A stretch of DNA of 64,000 nucleotides, taken from positions 93,734 through 157,733 of the IMG/VR virus record IMGVR_UViG_3300025141_000029; one strand, written 5' to 3'. The notes under the pieces are model-generated. The model had not been told where the DNA came from. It ran no database searches and saw only the letters and a program-made list of their open reading frames with translations. The position numbers and the translations under genes are program-made. This DNA is from a virus. Below, in pieces: positions 1 to 9,233 of this stretch; the stretch's first letter is position 1, and the number at the start of each line of letters is the position of its first letter.

Positions 1-545
1 ATTTTTATTTTATATTGTATATCACATTGTAGACGTGGTATTTTTAAATTATGACTTCCAGTTAATATTGTAATTGAGCCGGTTAAAGGAGCTGAAAAAA
101 AATTAATATCCCAAGCTGGTGTATAATTGGTTGTATATGCCATGGTTCCCAAAGGACCAAATTTTTCTAATTCATATTGCTTTTTTTCAAGTACTTCTGG
201 CCCGTATTCTTCTGTTAATTTTTGAGATCCTTCCAAGCTTACATCTTGGAAAAGATTCTCATTAAGTGTAGCAAAATCAACACCATATGTATCTGCTGTA
301 TTTTTATTAATTTTTTCTTCGGCAGAATATAGATAAACTTGTTGTTTCAGGCGTGGTGTCTCTTGTATGCGTGTTTCAATATCATTTTGTGCTTCATTTA
401 AGCCGACATATGCCGAACCATATAATATGTCATGATCATAAAAAGCATAATATATTGGATGAAATTCGCCCATCTGTAACAAACGTTTACCCAAAGGAGT
501 TATTTCAATATCTAATACTTCTTGTTTTCTATCAAAAAATTCCAT
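1..545 (-). CDS. Partial (3'-truncated by window edge) putative virion/baseplate-associated protein
   Basis: Not in ORF track; my translation from ATG at 545: MEFFDRKQEVLDIEITPLGKRLLQMGEFHPIYYAFYDHDILY...LTGSITILTGSHNLKIPRLQCDIQYKIK, open to position 1; AGGAGG upstream; follows the structural genes. Confidence 0.75.
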   Translation of the reverse strand, partial: MEFFDRKQEVLDIEITPLGKRLLQMGEFHPIYYAFYDHDILYGSAYVGLNEAQNDIETRIQETPRLKQQVYLYSAEEKINKNTADTYGVDFATLNENLFQDVSLEGSQKLTEEYGPEVLEKKQYELEKFGPLGTMAYTTNYTPAWDINFFSAPLTGSITILTGSHNLKIPRLQCDIQYKIK

Positions 546-553
546 TTATTTAA

Positions 554-559
554 CCTCCT
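554..559 (-). promoter_or_regulatory. Shine-Dalgarno site (AGGAGG) of the partial ORF starting at 545
   Basis: Plus-strand cctcct at 554-559 = AGGAGG on the minus strand, 8 nt before the ATG. Confidence 0.8.
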
Positions 560-574
560 TTGAATAGTAGTTCA

Positions 575-3500
575 TCATTCGGCAAGTCCTGTTTCTTCGG
601 GTGTAGATTCCGAGGATGGTAAATCCGGAATGTCTATCAACAGATCTGTTTCTATTTTCGCTAATTCTACCAATGAACAATAATCATAAGGCCAGTTATA
701 ACTATAAATATGATCTTTGTTTACTTTTTTAATCTTTGAATCATCGGATATATCTTCAGTAATATTCGCATAAATATTTTTTGCTCTTTGTTTAACTTTG
801 AAGACCATCCACCTTAGTTGATTTAAAGAATCTTTTATGAATTTTCGTTCGACATTTGCATCTGAAATCTTAGACCAAAACTCATTCATTAATTCACCTT
901 CAGCAACTGGTACACTCAATGTAGAGGTTTCTGGTACAACCTTCATTGATATATCCGGCATCACACCCTGCCAAATATCTGCTAATTCCTGGCGCGTAAA
1001 GTGATGTTTAAATTCAAAAGCAAACATCACAAATTGAGGCAAAGCAGTATCTTTACTATTTTCAAAGTCGTATCTAGGCGGAAAAACAAATTTTTTCATT
1101 TTTTTTCTTAAGTTTATAATAGACTCTTTATCATGAACTGGATCTTGACCGGTGCCTTCGACGGCGCCTGGTGGTATAAATTCTCCCCCAAGAGCAAAAA
1201 AGTATTTATCATCATCCGCAGAATAAACACAATCAAAATTATCAGTGATAGAATTGTTGCCTGAGTTGCCGGCAAAAAATGGTATTGCCACGATACATTC
1301 AGAAATCGATTTTTCATAATCAATTGGTAGTTGGCCAATTGGTTTTGAAAAATCAACTGCCTGGCCAGCAAAGAACATTTTTTCTACTAATGATCCTTCC
1401 GTTACTCCCCCAGCTGCACTAAATAGCGCCGATGGATCCGTGTCTCTTAGTGTAATTCGAACTCCTTCAGAGGAATAATTTGGTATATTTCCGTAACCAT
1501 TCCACATCCCACGAGCCTTTGTATCGTCTGTGTAGTGATTAAAGTTCAGAACAGGAGATTCAAATTTTGTTGAAATTACCCAACGCTCATAATTCGAAAC
1601 ATCTTCTGACTCAAACTCAGTTACCACCCCTAGGGTTTCGGATATAAGTGGATTAATTACCTTGCCAAACAGCTTCAATGAAGAAGAAAGATGCATCATA
1701 GTGCTAAGTCCGGCAGATGCGGTCTGTACATAATGACGCAAAGGCAAGTCCGAAGAGCCGGTATCATATGAAGCAGTTGGAATATTATTGAAATTATTTG
1801 AATAAGAGGCCGTCATATTATTAAAAATTGTAGCCAAAGATGGTTTCGGCGTATCATCTACTGTATTGGTATACGCCAAATCGACGGTTGCCTTGCCATA
1901 AAAATATGGTGGCGTGTATGGAGCAAATGCCGGATCTTGTCTCTCTAAACCGCCGGCAGTTGAGCCTGTAAAAAATGCAACTGCTGGTCCGTAAATCGCA
2001 CCTCTCTTATTTCTCCATCTTCTTTGGAAATTCTTACTAGTAAGATTATCCATATTTGATCCGTTGATCATTCCCTCTGTCATAACAGAGCCAGTAATCA
2101 TTTCAAGATCAATAGACATTCTATATGTAACGCCTTCTTTAAATTCAATATCTTTCATCGGCTTAGAAACAAAAGATGTCAACCTTGAATCTTTGATAAA
2201 TAAATTAACAGATTCAGCTAAAAAGTTATTCATTGCGCGTTCATATAAATCATCATTTCGATTACCGTTCCATGTAAAAAAAGTATCCGTTTCAAAATTT
2301 GAAGCTGCATAAATTTTATTTGCTATGGCTGATTTATTGACATCAAAAATCGGTAAATTTGAAAAATCATATAATGTTTCAAACGGAAGACGATAATTTG
2401 AGGCACTAACAATCCATTGTTCACCAGTAGTTATTGCGTATGGAGAAGAGCCAGTATAGGCCGGCCAATCAACTGCAATTCCAGATTTAATCGTATTGTA
2501 TAATATACCTGGTGCGAAAAATGGCTGTAAGAAAGCTGCTTGTCTAGCCACCAAAGGATCTGTATAATCTGCAATACTGGCTGTTGGCCTCGGCCTCTGG
2601 GTGCCAGAAATATGATTAGCATAGGATTGTGATAACAGGGTAGCTAGCTGTACGGTTCTCGTAACAGGATAAAAGCCATTATAGGGTAATAATTTTTTCA
2701 GACCGTAGCATGTCATTTGAATTTTCTTTATATCTGCAACATTTTTGTGATCGTCAATAACAATGTCAAAATTCTTAAGAAAATCTGAATGTGAATATTC
2801 ATCATAGAATTGTGTATTGGTGCTTGCCGAATTATTAATACCTTGAATATTAAATTTCTCTGTTGGCAGAGTTGATGTAAAATCATTATTTCGTTGTAAA
2901 ACGTACAATGGCATGTGATCAGATATATTAAACTCAGGAATTATTGAATAATCTTTTCCAATTTTGCTTAAATCAGCTGAATATTCTTCATATGAATCAT
3001 ACCATGGGTTCCTGCCCGAATCTATATTGGTTGTCCAATTTATATTGGATGATGCTGTAATATCAGTTGTATAGGATCCACCAGCCTCGGCCGTAACATA
3101 ATCTTCTGAAGTTCCATAATCAACACCATGATACTTACATGATGCTGTCAGCCACTGTAAGTCAAAATATTTTGTACTACCCGTGGTGGTCTGCTGAATA
3201 ATGACATTGGGTCCGTTAAATAATTCTCCAGCAGCCTTAGATCTCACAACAATATAACTATCAGATGGAACAGCAGCAGCATCCGCAAAAGAGCCAGTCC
3301 AGCGACCTTCAGTTGGCCAGACACTTAAAGCAGAAGCAGAAGATGGATAACTAGTGGTGTTGTTTTTTAAATTATATCCTTGGCTATTTAATGCAGTTGT
3401 ATCAGTTCTTAAACGATCGCTGATAAATTTTCTCCAAAATGATCGATGAGAAATTCTATCATAACCATTTGATCCCAATCCGGAAGTTTCAGTATAATTA

Positions 3501-6500
3501 TTTCTTGTCCTAGTTCTATTCAGAAAAGTATTTTTAGCTCGTGGCCAAACAACTTCTTTCATTTCCAAATAATTGAAACCTTTAATTGGATTAAGTGCCA
3601 TTAATTTATCAGCAAGATAAAGGTTCGCTATTGATTTATAAATTTTTGGAGCAGTAGTACGAGCAGCATATAAGTCATTATAATTATTTGAAGTAATGCT
3701 CTTAAAAATATCTTCATTAGCAAAATATGCCATACTATTGCCGTATGTAAATTTAAGATTCTTTTGACTTTCTTGAGAATCCGGATCTAATACGGTATCT
3801 TTGGCTATGAGAGACAAATGAATTGGTTTATACTTATTTGTAACAACAGTTTCGGTAAGATTTGTAATTATTCCACCGCCGAGTATGTCGGTATCTTTAA
3901 ACATTAGGGCACCGCCATTTGCTGATGACCAAGGTACTGGTACAGATGTATAATTTCTATTGGCTGTACTAAAAGTATTTGTTAATCTATGATTTCTAAC
4001 GACTGGATGACTACCACCTCGAATTTGTTTCCAAGTCGGCCAACCATATGGGCCGCGGCGGTGATTTATTAAACTATTTAAAACTTCTGTTATGGCTAAA
4101 GTTCCCAAAGATGTATTTCTATATTCTCCAGTAGAAGAGCTTAAGAAATTTGTTGCAGCATCCAGCGGGTCATAAATTAAAGTATTTAAATTATCAAAAT
4201 CAACATTAAAATTTCCGCCTTTCTTCCCGACTGCAGATATATCACTAGCAGTCACAAAAATTATATCTGCTGAAGATGTAGAATATCCAAGTGGCGTCTT
4301 GGTGGCAGATTCTGTAATCCAAGAATATTGACGCGCACTTTGTGGAATTGGATGCTGAATGAAGAAGTTATCATAATTTGAGCCAGTTATTATACTAGAA
4401 CCACTAGATTCCATACGATAAACTCTATTACGATTAACTTTATGGATAGAAGCCGTTGTTGTTAAAAAGGCATCATAACCACCGCTCGTCATATAATCAC
4501 GATGTAATGTATTTAACGGAGCATCGGTTCTTAATGTTCCGAATAACATATCTTGATAGCCAGCGGAATCCGTATGTTGAATTCCAGTCTTTGCTAAGCG
4601 AACGGTCATATTGCGGTAGTTTATACCGTTATAGACGGAGAAGGTATGTGAAGCAGGGTCGAGATAGCCTGGTGATATAGTCTCCGGAGAACCGGGCGCA
4701 GAGAAGCGGTCAGCGACAGTGACACTTTGAAGAGAAGAGCCAGTTCTAGCAAATGTATTGAAATTCAAATTTCCACTAAGATTCAAAACTTCTGGCGTTA
4801 ATTGTGTTACAGATCCAAAATTATCTTTAAGCCAACCTCTTTGTGTATCCGCTCCAACTGTTTGAACTATTTGATATTCTTTGGAATAATTTCCAAGATA
4901 TAGAGAACTCGTACTGGTTTTAATATTTTTTATAACAACTGGGCGCTTTGCTATTTCATCTAGAAAATATTTTGATTTTGGGCTGATGGCTGTGCGCTGA
5001 GATAGAGTTATGTTCGAAGGATTGATAGCTAAATTATATTCTTCAGCACGATCATTTGTTGTAAGTGGAGTAACCTTTCTTGATTTTTTACCTCCAACAT
5101 GTATCTTACTAAAGGGGCCCTGAAGCGGCTCTTGTGTTTCGGTGCCGTATACATCGCGATGATTATCATTAATTTCAAGACGAAATAAAAACAGTGGTCC
5201 GATATAACCGCTAGAAATAGAAGAAGAGTATGCTGCGAATGGAGCAACCGATCTTCCTTTCAAAAGTCTGCCGTTAACATTTGCTTGAAAATCGACTTTT
5301 CTTTTAACTTTAAGCGCTTTGTCATCATTACAATCTTTAAAAGATTCTAAATTTTGAAGAATAATACTTTCAGTTTTGTTACTTGTATCTAATTCTGTTT
5401 TTGCAAAATTTAATTTGATATTATCAATATTAAAATCTTCAGATCGATCTACAGCAAAACGATATGGTCTAGTAAGTTTTCTTAAGACATATGTTGATCC
5501 GGAAACAACAGAATTTGCGAAACGTTTAACAGTATCTCTTTCAGAATCAACATTAGAATCACCAGAGGTTATAACACTATTTGTTCTTTCAGCTCGGTCT
5601 TTCCAATATAAACAATTGTTAGATTGATCACTAGATACAGGAAAATATCCATGTTCCCAATCATATAATAATTCATTAATTGCCTTTATTTGACCAACTG
5701 GTTCAGGCTGATTTAATTCAAGAACCGGGAATTTAGTTTCAATTTTATTTCGTTCTAGAACATGACTTTCAATTACTGTATATACACGATCTGCAAAATT
5801 AGCAGTTGCCGGAACCAAAGTCGTTAACATATTTGAAATAGAACTATCGATCCACTTATAGTATCGAAGGAACTTATCTAAATCTGGTACATTATTGACC
5901 CTTCTAAAAAAGACTTCTCGAAATTTCTCCATTTGTTTATATTCTTTTCGATATCTGTTGACAGGATCTCCAACTAAATTATGAAAATCTTTGATCGTCG
6001 CAAATAAATTAAGTATTTCATCGGAAATATTTGCGTACATACTTTTCTCAAATGAAAAGAAATGTTCGGACGGCCTTGTTTCTCTGGTGAAAATTTCTCC
6101 TTCAAAATCGACAATACTGACCATCTCTGATGAATTAATTTGATCAAATGGTACCAATTTTGAAGAAGGCATATATCTTCTATCAACAACTCCCGAAGAA
6201 TCTGCTTCAAAGAAATCGCCCCGAGCGGTATGTTGTCTTTGCACAACGTTGGAAAGCTTGTAATCTGATAGACTATTCGATCCACTTGAAAAATCTGCTA
6301 CTGTAAAGCGACCACTGCTGTCACTACCTGTAACTTGTTCAAAATTCCAATCTAAGGCCAGAGAGGACATTTGAGGCATTTCACTATCGGCCGGGCCTCC
6401 AGCGTCTTTTCCTTCAAACAAATATGTATTTCTATAAGGAAAATCAGTTCCATAAGAATCGCCAAATCTAGAATGTGCCTTTATGACATCATTGCTTAAA

Positions 6501-9226
6501 TCTGTATTCCACAATCTCAAGTGGGAGATGTAAGCATCAGAATTTGCTAGTACAGATCCCGTAAAGTTTGTACGATGTGCACCACAATATATTCTTTTCG
6601 GTGTTACCAATAATCTAGTGGCGGCGCTGGCAGAAAAAGTTCCTGTTAAAGTAAATTCATTATTCACCGCATCCATGAGCATTTCAACACCATAAAATTC
6701 TACTGTGGCCAAAGAATTTTCACCCGAACCACTAACAAAATTAACTTGTGGATAATTTTTATGTTTAAGGCGAACAGCAAAATTCCATTTAGAGTTATCA
6801 TATACATCTCTAAAAGCAGATGAAGTTAACTCACCAAACGTACTACCGGTAAGCATGAAATACACTTCAGGATTATCATCAAGTGCTTGAAGTTGTTTTC
6901 GAATAGCATATACTTGGAATGAGCCAGAATCATTATCGGCCCATGTCATATCTGTAGTTGATGTGGCCGACGGCGTAGTAGAATCTGATCTAGCAGAATG
7001 CATTCCGAACAATGAAGAAGTGTAGTTCGTATATTCTTTAAAATAAGGTTCGGCGCGTGATAAATATTTTGGAAATACAACTTCACTTTCAATTGTCAAT
7101 GAAGTGTGTCTATCAATGCCGGTAGTTATATCATTGCTTCCGGAAATATAAGAAGTGGAATTAGAATTTCCAGCATCAAGGTGTCCGTATACATTAGCCT
7201 CGTTATTATTATAAAAATCAGCATATTTGGTTTTCAATGAAACCATTCTTGTATTTGTTTGGGCGCGCCAATCAGTATTAAATCCATACACATTGAGGCG
7301 TACTAATTCTTGATCAAAGCCCATAGCATGCATTAAGTTATTGAATGATTTTTCTGTACCCTTTGTTTTATAGATGTAAATTAAATTATTATATATATTT
7401 TTATAAATTTGATTTTTTACATTATATAATTTTTGTTCGAACAAACGATCATCATCGCGTGTATTCGCGTACGCAAACAAATCCACATCTGTTAAAATTT
7501 CTTCAACATCGAAGCCATATTCAACCAATAGTCTATTATTAAAAAAGTGAGGCTTTGCGCTACTGCTGGCATAATTAATATTTTTGATTGTTGGTAAAGC
7601 TTCTATCTGAAGATATAAAGTATCTAAATAGCTAGATAAAATTTGAATTAATTTATGTAGTTCGCCCGGGCCCTTGGCAAGATCATCTTCAACAATCCAA
7701 GATGGAAGACTATTAATCAAAGAATTTGAGTTACTAAAATCGTATAAATCACCTTTAATTTTTAAATCTGCTAATGTTGATTTAACCGTTGGATGAGACG
7801 AATAAATAATCGGATCTTCAAATTCTCTAGTTGCCTTACTAGATAATACAATTGCGGAGCCTGTGGAGCGGCCGGTACTAGAATCATAACCAGTCCAAAT
7901 ACCATTACTAATCCTTCCGGAATAATCTAACACTGTAGAATCTACAGAAGAAGTTTGGGTTATGCCTTCATTAAACTTATAATAAACCCCCAGTTTGGTA
8001 TTTGAGGAGTCAGTGTTCGTACCGCCATTTACCTGATCAATATAAAAACGACCGATTTCTTTAGCATTTCTAGCAGTTTTCCAAAATCTAAATTCATCAA
8101 TCGAGCCGCTAAGTTTACCCCACCCTAAGCCGCCGGCCGTATCTAAGCCGGCCCTTCTGACTTGTGATCCGATTGTTGCAACATAAGCACCGGTGACGGC
8201 AAGTATTTTTGTGTCTGGTATACTATTTTCACTAGCAATCGCACCATCAACATAAAGCTTAGTATTATTAAATGTACCACTATTTTGTGTTACCAGCGCA
8301 TAATGATGCCAGCTCCCATCAGCAATATCGCCTAATCCAGTATCAAAGCCGCCTTCACAGTTAGCAAAAGCTGTAGGACAATAAGATGCTGATGCTGCTC
8401 CAGACTGGATTAGGGTATAAATTTTGGTTGGTGACGCGCTATTAACATAAATTGAAAGCCTACCATAGTCGCCTCCGGAACCAGAATTATCTACACTTGC
8501 ACTATTCCATAAATCAAAAACATATTCAGTAGTTCCCATGGCACTACCTGTTAATTGAGCATGGTCATTTATCCACTGATCTTTCTTGAGCCAAAATTCT
8601 ACTGTATTTCCATAATAAAGATCTAATTTTAAATTAGATTCTCTAAAGCTTCCAGTATCGTATACGTTGGCCTTCGATAAACCCTTAATCGATTGTCCCG
8701 GGACTATTTCTGATTTAAAGTCTTCACGTTGGTCGGCGTTTGGGCCGCCCTGGAGGTAAATATATTCTTTATCGGTAGAATTATATACCCTGTGATATAC
8801 CGAATGAGTGCCAGTTAGCGGCGTTTGTACGGCACCAATTGTTATATAACCATTAGTTCTCGGATAAATATTCTCAAAAATATATTTGTCTATATAAGTT
8901 GAGGAAAGGTTCCATAATACTTTTTCTTTTTGAGAACCATCGTAAGGATATTGATTATAAGTCCTAATATAAGCATCTTCATAATATTTTGTTGCAGATC
9001 CAAATTTTGCAAAATTAGAAGGAATTGAAAAATCGATTTGTGGTACAAATCGATCTTCCATCTGACCATATGCTTCGAGAAAACGACCTGATTCTATATC
9101 TTTAGCAAATGACGCCGTAGTACTACTGCTTAAAATACTGTTTTTGTACATTCCGACAATAACATCAACGCCAACAGGGCCATCGAGAAATAAATCTTGT
9201 AATCCTTTTGAAAAATCTTTATCCAT
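575..9226 (-). CDS. Giant baseplate/tail structural protein (2883 aa) with LamG/concanavalin-A-like domain(s) and a gp7/P2 gpI-like wedge motif
   Basis: LamG pattern TVEFWLK...DGSWHHYAL...LYVDG...GSIDEFRFWKTAR; second similar segment KWNFAVR...ISHLRLWNTDLS; IYKTKGTEKSF resembles the conserved KGT motif of T4 gp7/P2 gpI-type wedge proteins; downstream of gp25 and gp6-like genes. Confidence 0.7.
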   Translation of the reverse strand: MDKDFSKGLQDLFLDGPVGVDVIVGMYKNSILSSSTTASFAKDIESGRFLEAYGQMEDRFVPQIDFSIPSNFAKFGSATKYYEDAYIRTYNQYPYDGSQKEKVLWNLSSTYIDKYIFENIYPRTNGYITIGAVQTPLTGTHSVYHRVYNSTDKEYIYLQGGPNADQREDFKSEIVPGQSIKGLSKANVYDTGSFRESNLKLDLYYGNTVEFWLKKDQWINDHAQLTGSAMGTTEYVFDLWNSASVDNSGSGGDYGRLSIYVNSASPTKIYTLIQSGAASASYCPTAFANCEGGFDTGLGDIADGSWHHYALVTQNSGTFNNTKLYVDGAIASENSIPDTKILAVTGAYVATIGSQVRRAGLDTAGGLGWGKLSGSIDEFRFWKTARNAKEIGRFYIDQVNGGTNTDSSNTKLGVYYKFNEGITQTSSVDSTVLDYSGRISNGIWTGYDSSTGRSTGSAIVLSSKATREFEDPIIYSSHPTVKSTLADLKIKGDLYDFSNSNSLINSLPSWIVEDDLAKGPGELHKLIQILSSYLDTLYLQIEALPTIKNINYASSSAKPHFFNNRLLVEYGFDVEEILTDVDLFAYANTRDDDRLFEQKLYNVKNQIYKNIYNNLIYIYKTKGTEKSFNNLMHAMGFDQELVRLNVYGFNTDWRAQTNTRMVSLKTKYADFYNNNEANVYGHLDAGNSNSTSYISGSNDITTGIDRHTSLTIESEVVFPKYLSRAEPYFKEYTNYTSSLFGMHSARSDSTTPSATSTTDMTWADNDSGSFQVYAIRKQLQALDDNPEVYFMLTGSTFGELTSSAFRDVYDNSKWNFAVRLKHKNYPQVNFVSGSGENSLATVEFYGVEMLMDAVNNEFTLTGTFSASAATRLLVTPKRIYCGAHRTNFTGSVLANSDAYISHLRLWNTDLSNDVIKAHSRFGDSYGTDFPYRNTYLFEGKDAGGPADSEMPQMSSLALDWNFEQVTGSDSSGRFTVADFSSGSNSLSDYKLSNVVQRQHTARGDFFEADSSGVVDRRYMPSSKLVPFDQINSSEMVSIVDFEGEIFTRETRPSEHFFSFEKSMYANISDEILNLFATIKDFHNLVGDPVNRYRKEYKQMEKFREVFFRRVNNVPDLDKFLRYYKWIDSSISNMLTTLVPATANFADRVYTVIESHVLERNKIETKFPVLELNQPEPVGQIKAINELLYDWEHGYFPVSSDQSNNCLYWKDRAERTNSVITSGDSNVDSERDTVKRFANSVVSGSTYVLRKLTRPYRFAVDRSEDFNIDNIKLNFAKTELDTSNKTESIILQNLESFKDCNDDKALKVKRKVDFQANVNGRLLKGRSVAPFAAYSSSISSGYIGPLFLFRLEINDNHRDVYGTETQEPLQGPFSKIHVGGKKSRKVTPLTTNDRAEEYNLAINPSNITLSQRTAISPKSKYFLDEIAKRPVVIKNIKTSTSSLYLGNYSKEYQIVQTVGADTQRGWLKDNFGSVTQLTPEVLNLSGNLNFNTFARTGSSLQSVTVADRFSAPGSPETISPGYLDPASHTFSVYNGINYRNMTVRLAKTGIQHTDSAGYQDMLFGTLRTDAPLNTLHRDYMTSGGYDAFLTTTASIHKVNRNRVYRMESSGSSIITGSNYDNFFIQHPIPQSARQYSWITESATKTPLGYSTSSADIIFVTASDISAVGKKGGNFNVDFDNLNTLIYDPLDAATNFLSSSTGEYRNTSLGTLAITEVLNSLINHRRGPYGWPTWKQIRGGSHPVVRNHRLTNTFSTANRNYTSVPVPWSSANGGALMFKDTDILGGGIITNLTETVVTNKYKPIHLSLIAKDTVLDPDSQESQKNLKFTYGNSMAYFANEDIFKSITSNNYNDLYAARTTAPKIYKSIANLYLADKLMALNPIKGFNYLEMKEVVWPRAKNTFLNRTRTRNNYTETSGLGSNGYDRISHRSFWRKFISDRLRTDTTALNSQGYNLKNNTTSYPSSASALSVWPTEGRWTGSFADAAAVPSDSYIVVRSKAAGELFNGPNVIIQQTTTGSTKYFDLQWLTASCKYHGVDYGTSEDYVTAEAGGSYTTDITASSNINWTTNIDSGRNPWYDSYEEYSADLSKIGKDYSIIPEFNISDHMPLYVLQRNNDFTSTLPTEKFNIQGINNSASTNTQFYDEYSHSDFLKNFDIVIDDHKNVADIKKIQMTCYGLKKLLPYNGFYPVTRTVQLATLLSQSYANHISGTQRPRPTASIADYTDPLVARQAAFLQPFFAPGILYNTIKSGIAVDWPAYTGSSPYAITTGEQWIVSASNYRLPFETLYDFSNLPIFDVNKSAIANKIYAASNFETDTFFTWNGNRNDDLYERAMNNFLAESVNLFIKDSRLTSFVSKPMKDIEFKEGVTYRMSIDLEMITGSVMTEGMINGSNMDNLTSKNFQRRWRNKRGAIYGPAVAFFTGSTAGGLERQDPAFAPYTPPYFYGKATVDLAYTNTVDDTPKPSLATIFNNMTASYSNNFNNIPTASYDTGSSDLPLRHYVQTASAGLSTMMHLSSSLKLFGKVINPLISETLGVVTEFESEDVSNYERWVISTKFESPVLNFNHYTDDTKARGMWNGYGNIPNYSSEGVRITLRDTDPSALFSAAGGVTEGSLVEKMFFAGQAVDFSKPIGQLPIDYEKSISECIVAIPFFAGNSGNNSITDNFDCVYSADDDKYFFALGGEFIPPGAVEGTGQDPVHDKESIINLRKKMKKFVFPPRYDFENSKDTALPQFVMFAFEFKHHFTRQELADIWQGVMPDISMKVVPETSTLSVPVAEGELMNEFWSKISDANVERKFIKDSLNQLRWMVFKVKQRAKNIYANITEDISDDSKIKKVNKDHIYSYNWPYDYCSLVELAKIETDLLIDIPDLPSSESTPEETGLAE

Positions 9227-9233
9227 TTAAAAA

